From: Devosia sp. | GTDB taxonomy: Bacteria > Pseudomonadota > Alphaproteobacteria > Rhizobiales > Devosiaceae | DNA: 64,000 nucleotides | Assembly (NCBI RefSeq): GCF_017307495.1 | Contig: NZ_JAFKHE010000017.1 | Location: forward strand, 37,087 to 101,086 | Reading direction: 5' to 3' | Shown: in pieces, positions 19,309 to 30,521 of the stretch | Layout of the letters: each line of letters opens with the position of its first letter | Position numbering within the stretch: position 1 is the stretch's first letter | The notes under the pieces: generated by a model | Told to the model about the DNA's origin: nothing | The model's database searches: none | The model's input: only the letters and a program-made list of their open reading frames with translations | Made by a program: the position numbers and the translations under genes

Positions 19309-20153
19309 GCGGCGCTGCCGGCGGGCAGGGCGACTATGTGGCGAGCTTCCTTCGGGAGGCGGATCGAGACCGCTTTTTCGCCGCGCTGATGCTGCGCCAG
19401 CCCGAGCAGAAGGCGGTGCAGGCGCTGTATGCCTTTGCCGCCGATGTCGCTTCCATCCGCGATCGGGCTCGCGAGCCGGCGGCCGGCGAGATCAGGCTGC
19501 AGTGGTGGGCCGATGCCTTGAATGGCGCGGGGCACGGCGATGTGCGCCAGAACCCGCTGGCGGCGGCGGTGCTCGATGCGATGGAGCGGTACGGCCTGCC
19601 GGCGGGGCCGTTGCTGCGGCTGATCGCGGCGCGGCGGTTCGACCTCTATCACGACCCGATGCCGGACGTTGCAAGCTTCGAGGGCTATGCGGGCGAGACC
19701 GTGTCGGTGCTCTACCAGCTGGCGGCGATGGTGCTCAACGGCGGCGCCGAGGTGGAGACGGGGGATGCGGCGGGGCATCTGGGCGTGGCGCAGGCGCTGG
19801 CCGGGCATCTGCGCGCGTTCGGCTACAACGCCTCGACCGGGCGAATCTTCCTGCCCATGAACATCTTCGCTGCCAACGGCGTGACGGACGGCGAGATTCT
19901 TGCGGGGCAGGAGAGCGAGGGGCTGTTCGCGGCGCTGGCGCAGATCGGCGAGCTGGCGCAGGAACACGTGGGCAAGGCGCGGGCGGCGATCAAGGCGCTG
20001 CCAAGGCAGCTAAGGCCGGCGTTCGCGCCGGTGGCGATCGTCGGGCGGCAGGCGACATTGGCCGTGCAGGCGCAGGCGCCGTATGCGGCGGGGGCGGACC
20101 TCAGCGACTGGCGGAAGATCGCGCTGATGGGGTGGTGGGCGGCGAGGGCCTGA
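19305..20153 (+). CDS. Squalene/phytoene synthase-like protein (NDUFAF6-like)
   Basis: ALYAFAADVASIRD..EPAAGEIRLQWW; ATGA overlap with the Mth938 gene. Confidence 0.88.
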   Translation: MSGAAGGQGDYVASFLREADRDRFFAALMLRQPEQKAVQALYAFAADVASIRDRAREPAAGEIRLQWWADALNGAGHGDVRQNPLAAAVLDAMERYGLPAGPLLRLIAARRFDLYHDPMPDVASFEGYAGETVSVLYQLAAMVLNGGAEVETGDAAGHLGVAQALAGHLRAFGYNASTGRIFLPMNIFAANGVTDGEILAGQESEGLFAALAQIGELAQEHVGKARAAIKALPRQLRPAFAPVAIVGRQATLAVQAQAPYAAGADLSDWRKIALMGWWAARA

Positions 20154-20271
20154 GCGCCAGCTGGTGGCCGTCGCCCATGTGTGAGGCACCCGAAGCGCGG
20201 ATGAGGGGGGGCGCCAGCCCTCCTGGTCGCTCGTCGCTTTGCTCCGACCGCGCAGACTTCGTCTGCGGAAC

Positions 20272-20317
20272 CCCTCATCCGGCGCTACGCGCCACCTTCT
20301 CCCTCAAGGGGAGAAGG
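20272..20317. repeat. MITE/REP-like element, family C
   Basis: CCCTCATCCGGCGCTACGCGCCACCTTCTCCCTCAAGGGGAGAAGG, nearly identical to 62048-62094. Confidence 0.85.
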
Positions 20318-20328
20318 AAGAGGGTGCC

Positions 20329-21714
20329 CTACGCCCAGGCCATGATGTCTTCGAGCGCCCGGGAGGTGATCGCTTCCTTCTTGGCGATGCTCTTCTCGGT
20401 CGACTTCCAGCGGCCGACGTGGCCTTCGGGCCTGGTGATCGAGACGGGCGGGAAGAGGCCGAAGTTGACATTCATGGGCTGGAAGCTGCGGGCGCCGGAA
20501 TAGGCTTCGGCCTCGAGATGACCGCCGGTGATGTGGTTGATCAGCGCGCCCATGGCCGTGGTGGCGGGCGGGATGGCGAGGGTTTCGCCACGCGCGTCGG
20601 CGGCGGCAAGGCGGCCGGCCATCAGGCCGACGGCGGCGCTCTCAACATAGCCCTCGACGCCGGTGACCTGGCCGGCAAAGCGCAGGCGCGGCATGGCCTT
20701 GAGCTTCAGATCGGGGCCGAGCACCTTGGGCGAGTTGAGGAAGGTATTGCGGTGCAGGCCGCCGAGGCGGGCGAACTGGGCGTTCTCAAGGCCGGGGATC
20801 AAGCGGAAGATCTCGGTCTGAACGCCGTAGCGCATCTTGGTCTGGAAACCGACCATGTTCCACAGCGTGCCCAGCGCATTGTCCTGGCGCAGCTGGACGA
20901 TGGCATGGGGCTTCACCGTGGGGTTGCGCGGGTTGGTGAGGCCGACCGGCTTCATCGGGCCCCAGCGCAGGGTGTCGCGGCCGCGCTCGGCCATCACCTC
21001 GATGGGCAGGCAGCCGTCGAAGTAGGGGACCTTTTCCCAGTCCTTGAACTGGTGCAGCGGGGCCGAGAGCAGGGCATCGACGAAGCGGTTGTACTGCGCC
21101 TCGTCCATCGGGCAGTTGAGGTAGTCGCGCCCGTCGCCCATCGGCCCGACCTTGTCGTAGCGCGACTGGGCCCAGACGATGTCCATGTCGATCGAGTCCT
21201 TGTGGACGATCGGCGCGATGGCATCGAAGAAGGCGAGCGAGTCCTCGCCGGTCAGTCCCTGGATCGCTTCGGCGAGGGCCGGGGAGGTCAGCGGGCCGGT
21301 GGCGACGATGACGTTCTGCCAGTCGTCGGGCGGCAAGCCGGCAACCTCGCCGCGCTCGATGGAGATGTTGGGGTGGTTCTGGATGGCCGCGGTCACTGCC
21401 TCGGCGAAGGCGTCGCGGTCGACGGCCAACGCGCCGCCAGCCGGCAGCTTGTAGGCATCGGCCGCGCGCATGATCAGCGAGCCGCAGCGCCGCATTTCCT
21501 CGTGCAGGAGCCCGACGGCGTTGTGCCGGTGATCGTCGGAGCGGAAGCTGTTGGAGCAGACCAGCTCGGCGAAGCTCTCGGTCTGGTGCGCGTCGGTCTG
21601 CTGCACCGGACGCATTTCGTGGAGGACGACCTTGGCGCCGGCCTCGGCAGCCTGCCAGGCAGCTTCGGATCCGGCGAGCCCGCCGCCGATGACGTGGATG
21701 GGTTGAGTGGACAT
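20329..21714 (-). CDS. trmFO: Folate/FAD-dependent tRNA (uracil-54-C5)-methyltransferase TrmFO
   Basis: [46 protein letters not shown]. Confidence 0.96.
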   Translation of the reverse strand: MSTQPIHVIGGGLAGSEAAWQAAEAGAKVVLHEMRPVQQTDAHQTESFAELVCSNSFRSDDHRHNAVGLLHEEMRRCGSLIMRAADAYKLPAGGALAVDRDAFAEAVTAAIQNHPNISIERGEVAGLPPDDWQNVIVATGPLTSPALAEAIQGLTGEDSLAFFDAIAPIVHKDSIDMDIVWAQSRYDKVGPMGDGRDYLNCPMDEAQYNRFVDALLSAPLHQFKDWEKVPYFDGCLPIEVMAERGRDTLRWGPMKPVGLTNPRNPTVKPHAIVQLRQDNALGTLWNMVGFQTKMRYGVQTEIFRLIPGLENAQFARLGGLHRNTFLNSPKVLGPDLKLKAMPRLRFAGQVTGVEGYVESAAVGLMAGRLAAADARGETLAIPPATTAMGALINHITGGHLEAEAYSGARSFQPMNVNFGLFPPVSITRPEGHVGRWKSTEKSIAKKEAITSRALEDIMAWA

Positions 21715-21799
21715 GCGCGCCAGATAGCAAGCAGGGGCAGGCGACGCAATGTTCGTGGACTTTCGCCGCAGTGGAGCGGCGCCCGGCCCCAGGAAAGGC

Positions 21800-21833
21800 A
21801 GAACGCCCGCTTCGATCAGGAAGCGGGCGTTCT
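21800..21833 (-). terminator. 14-bp perfect hairpin, terminator of the DUF1127 gene
   Basis: AGAACGCCCGCTTC-GATCAG-GAAGCGGGCGTTCT. Confidence 0.75.
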
Positions 21834-21871
21834 AGGATGCCGGCGAAGCGCAGGGACCAGTCGGCGTACCG

Positions 21872-22021
21872 TTAGATGGTGCGCGCATGGTCGCGAGCGA
21901 TGCGCTGGATGTCGGTGCGGGTGATACCCAGGTCGCTCAGCTGGCGGTTGTCGAGAGCGGTCAGCTCACGGACGGTCTGCTGGTAAGCGGCCCACTTCTT
22001 CAGCGTAGTGCGGATGCCCAT
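21872..22021 (-). CDS. Small DUF1127 family protein (49 aa)
   Basis: Hand-translated: MGIRTTLKKWAAYQQTVRELTALDNRQLSDLGITRTDIQRIARDHARTI; AAAGGAG RBS; below the ORF-track size cutoff. Confidence 0.9.
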   Translation of the reverse strand: MGIRTTLKKWAAYQQTVRELTALDNRQLSDLGITRTDIQRIARDHARTI

Positions 22022-22101
22022 TGGAAGTCTCCTTTCGTCTACAGGGTGAGAGATAGGATGGTTGGCGCGGGATGAGCAGTGGGGGATGTCTCAGTGCCGT
22101 T

Positions 22102-22116
22102 ATGCGATTTACGCAT
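22102..22116. promoter_or_regulatory. LysR-type T-N11-A palindrome
   Basis: ATGCG-ATTTA-CGCAT, about 80 nt upstream of the DUF1127 ATG. Confidence 0.7.
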
Positions 22117-22210
22117 GGCTTCCGGCGGAGTTGTTCACGTTTGATTCAGACTGGTGGCAAAAGGCCGGCAAGCTGGGGGCAAAACCGGCAGGACCGGCGA
22201 TCGCGGAGGC

Positions 22211-22357
22211 TCAGCGATCGAACAGGCCGCAGGTCATTCTCCGGAAGTCCGGGCCTGAAACCCCCAGAGCGTCGCGGCTTGTCGGGACATCGGTCTCCCG
22301 CAGCGTCTGCCTGAGGTCGACCAGGCGCCGTTGGCGCCAGACCGCACGTACGAACAT
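22211..22357 (-). CDS. Putative small protein (48 aa), possibly a divergent DUF1127-like protein
   Basis: GAGGAG RBS then ATG; MFVRAVWRQRRLVDLRQTLRETDVPTSRDALGVSGPDFRRMTCGLFDR; followed by a GC hairpin and TTTT. Confidence 0.6.
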   Translation of the reverse strand: MFVRAVWRQRRLVDLRQTLRETDVPTSRDALGVSGPDFRRMTCGLFDR

Positions 22358-22440
22358 CGTGCACTCCTCGTTCGGATCACGACGACAGCAGGATGCGCCC
22401 ATTTCACCTGGGGTGCACGCAGTGATATGTCACTGCCGGC

Positions 22441-22455
22441 ATGCGCCGAACGCAT
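22441..22455. promoter_or_regulatory. Second LysR-type T-N11-A palindrome
   Basis: ATGCG-CCGAA-CGCAT, about 83 nt upstream of the 48-aa ORF. Confidence 0.65.
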
Positions 22456-22561
22456 GGCAAATTCATTCTACTGTCATCTTGGACGGGCCTGGAACTCCGC
22501 TGCTCGCACCGGCGAAGTTGCAGCGATGATCCAACGGTCGCCGATGAAAGTCCGCCAGACT

Positions 22562-23614
22562 TCAGCCGATGGTGCGCTCGAGCAGGCTGAGCCAGTTGCC
22601 GTGGGCCAGCTTTTCGAGCAGCGGGGCGTCGTAGCCATGGCGCTCCAGGGCTTCGAACAGGCGGGGCAGGCCGGAGGCGTCGCCGATGTCGGCCGGGACC
22701 AGGGCGCCATCGAAGTCGGAGCCCATGCCGACCCGGGTCTCGCCCAGCGCTTCGATCAGCCCGTCGAGATGGCGGACCATGTCGTCGATGGGGGTATCGG
22801 CGCGCATCTGGCCGTCGGCGCGCAGGAAGCCGGTGGCGAAGTTGAGGCCGACCATGCCGTCGCTGTCGCGGATGGCGCGCAGCTGGTCGGCGGTGAGGTT
22901 GCGCGGCGCCTGGGTGAGCGCGTGGACGTTGGAGTGGGTAGCGACGAGCGGCGCGGTCGAGAGCGCCGCCACGTCCCAGAAGCCCTTTTCGGTGATGTGC
23001 GAGAGGTCGACGAGAATGCGCTTTTCGTTGCAGGCGCGCACCAATCGCTTGCCGGCATCGGTGAGGCCCGGGCCGAGGTCGGGCGAGTGCGGGAAGCGGA
23101 AGGGCACGCCGTAGCCGAAGACGTTGGTGCGGCTCCAGACCGGCCCAATGGAGCGGAGCCCGGCGGCGTAGAGCACGTCGAGGAAGTGCAGGTCTGCGTC
23201 GATGGCTTCGGCGCCCTCGATGTGGAGGACGGCGGCAAGCGAGCCGCGCGCCATGGCGGCGCGGATGTCGGCGGCGCTGCGGCAGACGGTGACGGCGCCG
23301 TTCGAGGCCGCCTCGAGGCGGAGCAGCAGGGCAACCTGGTGCGTGGTCATGCGGCGCGCGAGGTCCATCGGCAGCTCGGGCGGGAGCGGCGTGTTGGACA
23401 TGTCACGGGCGGTGGTGAAATCGGCCCGCTCGTCGGGCGAGGGGCAGAACACGGCGAACATGCCGCCAGCGAGATTGCCGGCCCGCGCCTTGGGCAGGTC
23501 GATATGGCCGGGCCCGCCGCCCTCGAGGAAGCGCGCCACCGGATCGGGCGAGGTGTCCTTCATCAGGCGGAGGAGGACGTCGTTGTGGCCGTCGAAGATG
23601 GGGGGCGTGGGCAA
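22562..23614 (-). CDS. Membrane dipeptidase (peptidase M19) family protein; start uncertain
   Basis: IFDGHNDVL, LHIEGAE, LVDLSH, VATHSN, GMGSDFDG; TTG at 23614 chosen, ORF extends to 23674. Confidence 0.9.
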   Translation of the reverse strand: MPTPPIFDGHNDVLLRLMKDTSPDPVARFLEGGGPGHIDLPKARAGNLAGGMFAVFCPSPDERADFTTARDMSNTPLPPELPMDLARRMTTHQVALLLRLEAASNGAVTVCRSAADIRAAMARGSLAAVLHIEGAEAIDADLHFLDVLYAAGLRSIGPVWSRTNVFGYGVPFRFPHSPDLGPGLTDAGKRLVRACNEKRILVDLSHITEKGFWDVAALSTAPLVATHSNVHALTQAPRNLTADQLRAIRDSDGMVGLNFATGFLRADGQMRADTPIDDMVRHLDGLIEALGETRVGMGSDFDGALVPADIGDASGLPRLFEALERHGYDAPLLEKLAHGNWLSLLERTIG

Positions 23615-23737
23615 GGGCTGTCTCAGGCTATCGGTTAAAGGGTTGAAGCGGCAGGGGCGGCGCCGCGGCTGCACGACGACGGGGGTGGGTTGAACCGGCG
23701 AGCCGGACGGGCAGGGTGGCCTGCCCGCGTGCCGGCC

Positions 23738-26626
<2,889 letters not shown>

Positions 26627-26806
26627 CTGGACTCTTCACCTCACGAGGCACGCGACCATGGAGCCACTGTGTGCCAAATCGTGTCAGGGTTTCAAAAATG
26701 AGGGGTCGGCTGCTCATTTGGGGATAGGGCGCCGGACTTGCAACCTAACCACGCGCAGCCGGTCCCTGTCATCACCGGCGGCGCCGCGGCGCGATCAACT
26801 GATCGA

Positions 26807-26821
26807 GAACATAAGCGGAAC
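26807..26821. promoter_or_regulatory. Alphaproteobacterial LexA (SOS) box
   Basis: GAAC-ATAAGCG-GAAC, between uvrA and the ABM gene. Confidence 0.8.
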
Positions 26822-26889
26822 ATTGTGGATTCGAGTCAAGCGGCACGATCCGAAGGCGCGTGCTAGGCTCGTTGGCGGAGGACATGGGC

Positions 26890-27198
26890 ATGAAATACGT
26901 GATCGGGTGGTTGCGCATGAAGCCGGGTCGGCGGGACGACCTGCTGGCCCGCATAAGGCCGTTCGCGGCGGCGTCGCGCGAGGAGGAGGGCGTGATCTTC
27001 TTCGAGGTCAACCCGAGCGATGCCGAAGCCGACGTGGTGACGTTCGTCGAGTGCTATGAGAGCGAGGCTGTGCACCAGCGGCACCTCGCGACACCGGAAC
27101 ACGACGCGCTGCTGGCGGACATTGCGCTGATGGGGATCGGCGGGCGCTTCCACCATATCTATCCCGAGCGGACCGATACGCACGACCTCACGTTCTAG
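26890..27198 (+). CDS. Antibiotic biosynthesis monooxygenase (putative quinol monooxygenase) family protein
   Basis: [42 protein letters not shown]; GGAGG RBS. Confidence 0.85.
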   Translation: MKYVIGWLRMKPGRRDDLLARIRPFAAASREEEGVIFFEVNPSDAEADVVTFVECYESEAVHQRHLATPEHDALLADIALMGIGGRFHHIYPERTDTHDLTF

Positions 27199-27218
27199 GG
27201 GGCAGGCCGGGCATGTGC

Positions 27219-27255
27219 TTGACAAGCCGCGTGCGAAATAGAACATATAGAGAAC
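27219..27255 (+). promoter_or_regulatory. ssb promoter (-35 TTGACA) with overlapping LexA box
   Basis: TTGACA at 27219-27224; GAAC-ATATAGA-GAAC at 27241-27255 over the -10 region. Confidence 0.85.
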
Positions 27256-27374
27256 GCAGCCGCAAAGCTGTGGGTGGGCGCGCATTGGGCGCGCGCTGCC
27301 GGAACGATAGCGGTAGGATACGCGCTTGAGTTTTCAGCCCGGTGCGTGTCCGGGAAAGTTGAAAGGAATGTGCC

Positions 27375-27866
27375 ATGGCAGGCAGCGTGAACAAGGTGAT
27401 CCTCGTGGGCAATCTGGGCGCCGAGCCCGAGGTGCGCAACCTGCCGTCAGGTGGCAAGGTGGTGAACCTGAGCGTGGCGACGTCGGACCAGTGGCGCGAC
27501 AAGAACACCGGCGAGCGCAAGGAGCGCACCGAGTGGCACCGCGTCGTGATCTTCTCGGAAGGCCTCGTGCGCGTCGCCGAGCAGTATCTGCACAAGGGCT
27601 CCAAGGTGTACATCGAGGGCGCGCTGCAGACCCGCAAGTGGCAGGACCAGAGCGGCCAGGACAAGTACTCCACCGAGGTCGTGCTGCAGGGCTTCAACTC
27701 GACGCTGACCATGCTCGACGGGCGCGGCGAGGGCGAGGGCGCCCCGGGCGGGTTCTCGGGCCCGCGCGAAAGCTCGTCCTTCGGCGGCGGCCGCCAGGAA
27801 GCGCGGCGGCCGAGCTCGGCCCCGGCCTTCGAGGGCGGCGCGATGGACGACGACATCCCGTTCTGA
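27375..27866 (+). CDS. ssb: Single-stranded DNA-binding protein
   Basis: [20 protein letters not shown]-terminal DDDIPF. Confidence 0.98.
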   Translation: MAGSVNKVILVGNLGAEPEVRNLPSGGKVVNLSVATSDQWRDKNTGERKERTEWHRVVIFSEGLVRVAEQYLHKGSKVYIEGALQTRKWQDQSGQDKYSTEVVLQGFNSTLTMLDGRGEGEGAPGGFSGPRESSSFGGGRQEARRPSSAPAFEGGAMDDDIPF

Positions 27867-27940
27867 GCGGGGGAGCGCTGGCGAGCCGATGCCCCATGGC
27901 ATCGCGCCGGCGGCGCTGAAAGTGAACCCTGCGGGCTCGA

Positions 27941-29824
27941 TCAGCCAACCAGCCTCGACCTGAAGCGGCGGGGGCCCGCGATGCACTGGTTGCGGCCCTG
28001 CGCCTTGGCGTCGTAGAGGGCGAGGTCGGCGGTGCCGAGCAGCCAGGTGGCCTCGGGCACGGCGTCCTCCCGGCGCGGATCGAGGGTGGCGACGCCGATG
28101 CTGACGGTGGCGACGGCCCACGGCAGGTTGCGCGGATGCGGAATGGCGAGCGCCTCGACCTGGCGGCAGAGATCGACGCCGATGGCGCGGGCCGCCGCAA
28201 GGTCGGTGGCGGGCAGCAGCAGCGCCAGTTCCTCGCCGCCGAAGCGGGCCGCGACATCGGCCGGGCGGCGGGCGGCGCGCGCCATCAGCACCGCAATGGA
28301 CTTGAGGCATGCATCGCCGGCCAGATGGCCGTGGTCGTCGTTGAAACGCTTGAAGCGGTCGGCATCGATCATCAGCAGCGACAGCGGTGTGCCGGTGCGG
28401 CGCGCCAGGGCGACCTCGCGCGCCAGGGCCGTGTCGAAGGCGCGGCGGTTGGCCAGCTCGGTCAGGCCGTCGCGCAGCGCCATGCCCTCGAGCCGCAGCT
28501 CCAGCTCCTTGCGGTCGGTGATGTCGCGGGTGACGCCGACGACCGAGAACTGGCCGGACGGCTCGGCGGCGACGCGCAGGGAGGTCTCGAGCCAGATCTC
28601 GCGACCATCGCGGCGCAGCCGGCGGAAAGCCACGGTCTCCTGCTCGCTTTCCCCCTGGCGGAGTCGTTCGGCGGCGGCCTCGACCGCGGGACGATCCTCG
28701 TCATTGATGACGTCGAAGGCATTCCTGCCGAGCAGCTCGCCCGGGGTTTCGCCGGTCAGTCGCTCCACGGCCGGGGAGATGTAGGTGCGCGTCCCGTCGG
28801 CGGCGAAGCGCTCGACGAGGTCGCTGGCGCTTTCGGCGAGCAGGCGGAACTCGCCCTCCTTCTGCTTCAGCACGGCGTCGCTGTGCAGGCGGCGGCGGAA
28901 CTGGTCGGTGGCGCGCAGGCCGAGCCCGGCGATGGCGAGCGTGAACACGAGCGTGGCGATGCCGCGCAGCAGGGCGCCGTGCCGCCAGTCGGCCAGGGCC
29001 TCGTCGCGCGAGACGGCGACGACGGCGGTGACCGGATAGCGCGCGCCGCGGTCGAAGCCGGCGATGCGGGCAACGCCGTCCGCGGCGGGGATGAACTCGT
29101 AGTCGCCGCTGCTGCCGGAGCCGGGGCGGGGGCCGAACAGGGCGACGCTCGAACTGGCGATCGGCGAGGTGAAGGGCTCGCCGGTCAGGGTGTGCCCGGC
29201 GTGATCGTAAAGCGTGATGGCGCCCCGGGGCCCGACATCGACCTTGCCGTGCACGGCATTGAAGTAGCGCGAGTCGATGGTGGCGACGACGATGCCGGCG
29301 AAGCGCCGCGACGGCCCTTCGAGCCGCCGGCTGACCGTGGTCAGCAGCGCGTCGCCGGCGGCGTTGGGGACGGGCTCCGCGAAGGCGGCGGCGAGTGTGT
29401 CGCTGTCGCGATGCCGGGCAAAGACGTCGTCGGCGGAACGATCCTCGACCTCGGGGCCCGAGGCGGCGGTGCTGACCAGCCAGCGGCCGGTGGCGTCGTA
29501 GACGGTCAGCTCGGCGAGGCGGGGGGAGCCTTCCAGCAGATGGAGCATGAACGCTTCCGCCCGGCCCAGTCCGGCAGCATCGGTGCCGGTGGTGCCGAGT
29601 TCGTAGGCCACCATGCCGACGGCCTGCTCGGCGATCTCGTAGGTGTCCTCGGCGTGCTGGCGCATGGAGCGGGCGAGGTTCCGCGCCTCGTGCCGGGCCT
29701 TGGCGAGCGCGGCATCGTGGGCGGACCATTCGCGCCAGCCTTCGAAGGCCAGGATGGCAGCGCAGATGGCCAGCACATAGGCAAGGGCCTTCAGGCTCAG
29801 CGATTTCGGCGCCGGGCTGGCCAT
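27941..29824 (-). CDS. Diguanylate cyclase (TM-dCache-TM-PAS-GGDEF)
   Basis: Two TM helices around a periplasmic domain, PAS/PAC, DGLTELANRR, RPAD I-site and ARFGGEE. Confidence 0.92.
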   Translation of the reverse strand: MASPAPKSLSLKALAYVLAICAAILAFEGWREWSAHDAALAKARHEARNLARSMRQHAEDTYEIAEQAVGMVAYELGTTGTDAAGLGRAEAFMLHLLEGSPRLAELTVYDATGRWLVSTAASGPEVEDRSADDVFARHRDSDTLAAAFAEPVPNAAGDALLTTVSRRLEGPSRRFAGIVVATIDSRYFNAVHGKVDVGPRGAITLYDHAGHTLTGEPFTSPIASSSVALFGPRPGSGSSGDYEFIPAADGVARIAGFDRGARYPVTAVVAVSRDEALADWRHGALLRGIATLVFTLAIAGLGLRATDQFRRRLHSDAVLKQKEGEFRLLAESASDLVERFAADGTRTYISPAVERLTGETPGELLGRNAFDVINDEDRPAVEAAAERLRQGESEQETVAFRRLRRDGREIWLETSLRVAAEPSGQFSVVGVTRDITDRKELELRLEGMALRDGLTELANRRAFDTALAREVALARRTGTPLSLLMIDADRFKRFNDDHGHLAGDACLKSIAVLMARAARRPADVAARFGGEELALLLPATDLAAARAIGVDLCRQVEALAIPHPRNLPWAVATVSIGVATLDPRREDAVPEATWLLGTADLALYDAKAQGRNQCIAGPRRFRSRLVG

Positions 29825-29987
29825 GATCCGGTAACTTCCGGTTCGGAATTCATCGGGCTGTGTCGCATGGTTCCGTTAACATCGGGCCAAGCGACACCCT
29901 CGCATCGTCCCGGATGCGTTTACCAAGAATCGAACGGGCGGCTCGCTGGCCGCCCGTCGGGAACACCTGGATCGCCGTGCGCGGCGC

Positions 29988-30521
29988 TTACTTCGTGAAC
30001 GGCACCGAGGCCTTGAGCGTATCGCCGGTCGCGTTGAACACGACGTTGAAATCGACCTGGATGGCCGCGCCCTTGCCCTTGAGCGCGATGGCGGCGGTCA
30101 CGGTGAGGTCGTTGCCTTCCTCGTCCTTGTTCCGCTCCTTGAGGTTGAAGATGATGCCGTCACCGGACTTCTTGCCGACGGCGAGGCCGGAGAAGGTGAC
30201 GTTGGAGGTCATCGCGGCCTCGTAGCGGCTGTTCTGGTCGCTGTAGGCGAGCGTGCCGTTGACGGCGAGGCTGGTGCCGGCGAGCGAGCAGCGGCCGGAA
30301 TAGTTGACCTTGTCGGCGTTCCCTTCGCTGAGCGTCAGGCGGCAGACAACGGACTCGCTCTCGGCGCCGATCAGCTGGCCGCGGCCCTTCCACGCTCCGA
30401 TGTAGGACTTGATCAGCGCGACGTCGGCGGGGGCGGCCAGCGCCGGCATGGCGGCCAGGGGGGTAACGGCAAGCAGACCAGCGAGCGCGGCAATGCGCGT
30501 CAGGGGTCCCAACAGCTTCAT
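29988..30521 (-). CDS. Hypothetical exported protein
   Basis: Signal-peptide-like N-terminus (...AMPALA-APAD), beta-rich; ATGA coupling to the MMPL gene. Confidence 0.75.
   Translation of the reverse strand: MKLLGPLTRIAALAGLLAVTPLAAMPALAAPADVALIKSYIGAWKGRGQLIGAESESVVCRLTLSEGNADKVNYSGRCSLAGTSLAVNGTLAYSDQNSRYEAAMTSNVTFSGLAVGKKSGDGIIFNLKERNKDEEGNDLTVTAAIALKGKGAAIQVDFNVVFNATGDTLKASVPFTK

Noticed and set aside
19305-20153. Carotenoid or hopanoid biosynthesis gene
   Set aside because: It lacks intact DDxxD motifs and sits with Mth938 and secDF, the usual context of the NDUFAF6-like homologue
21720-21871. Expected cuckoo (CCUCCUCCC) sRNAs downstream of the DUF1127 gene
   Set aside because: No such loop motif is present; only a single terminator hairpin
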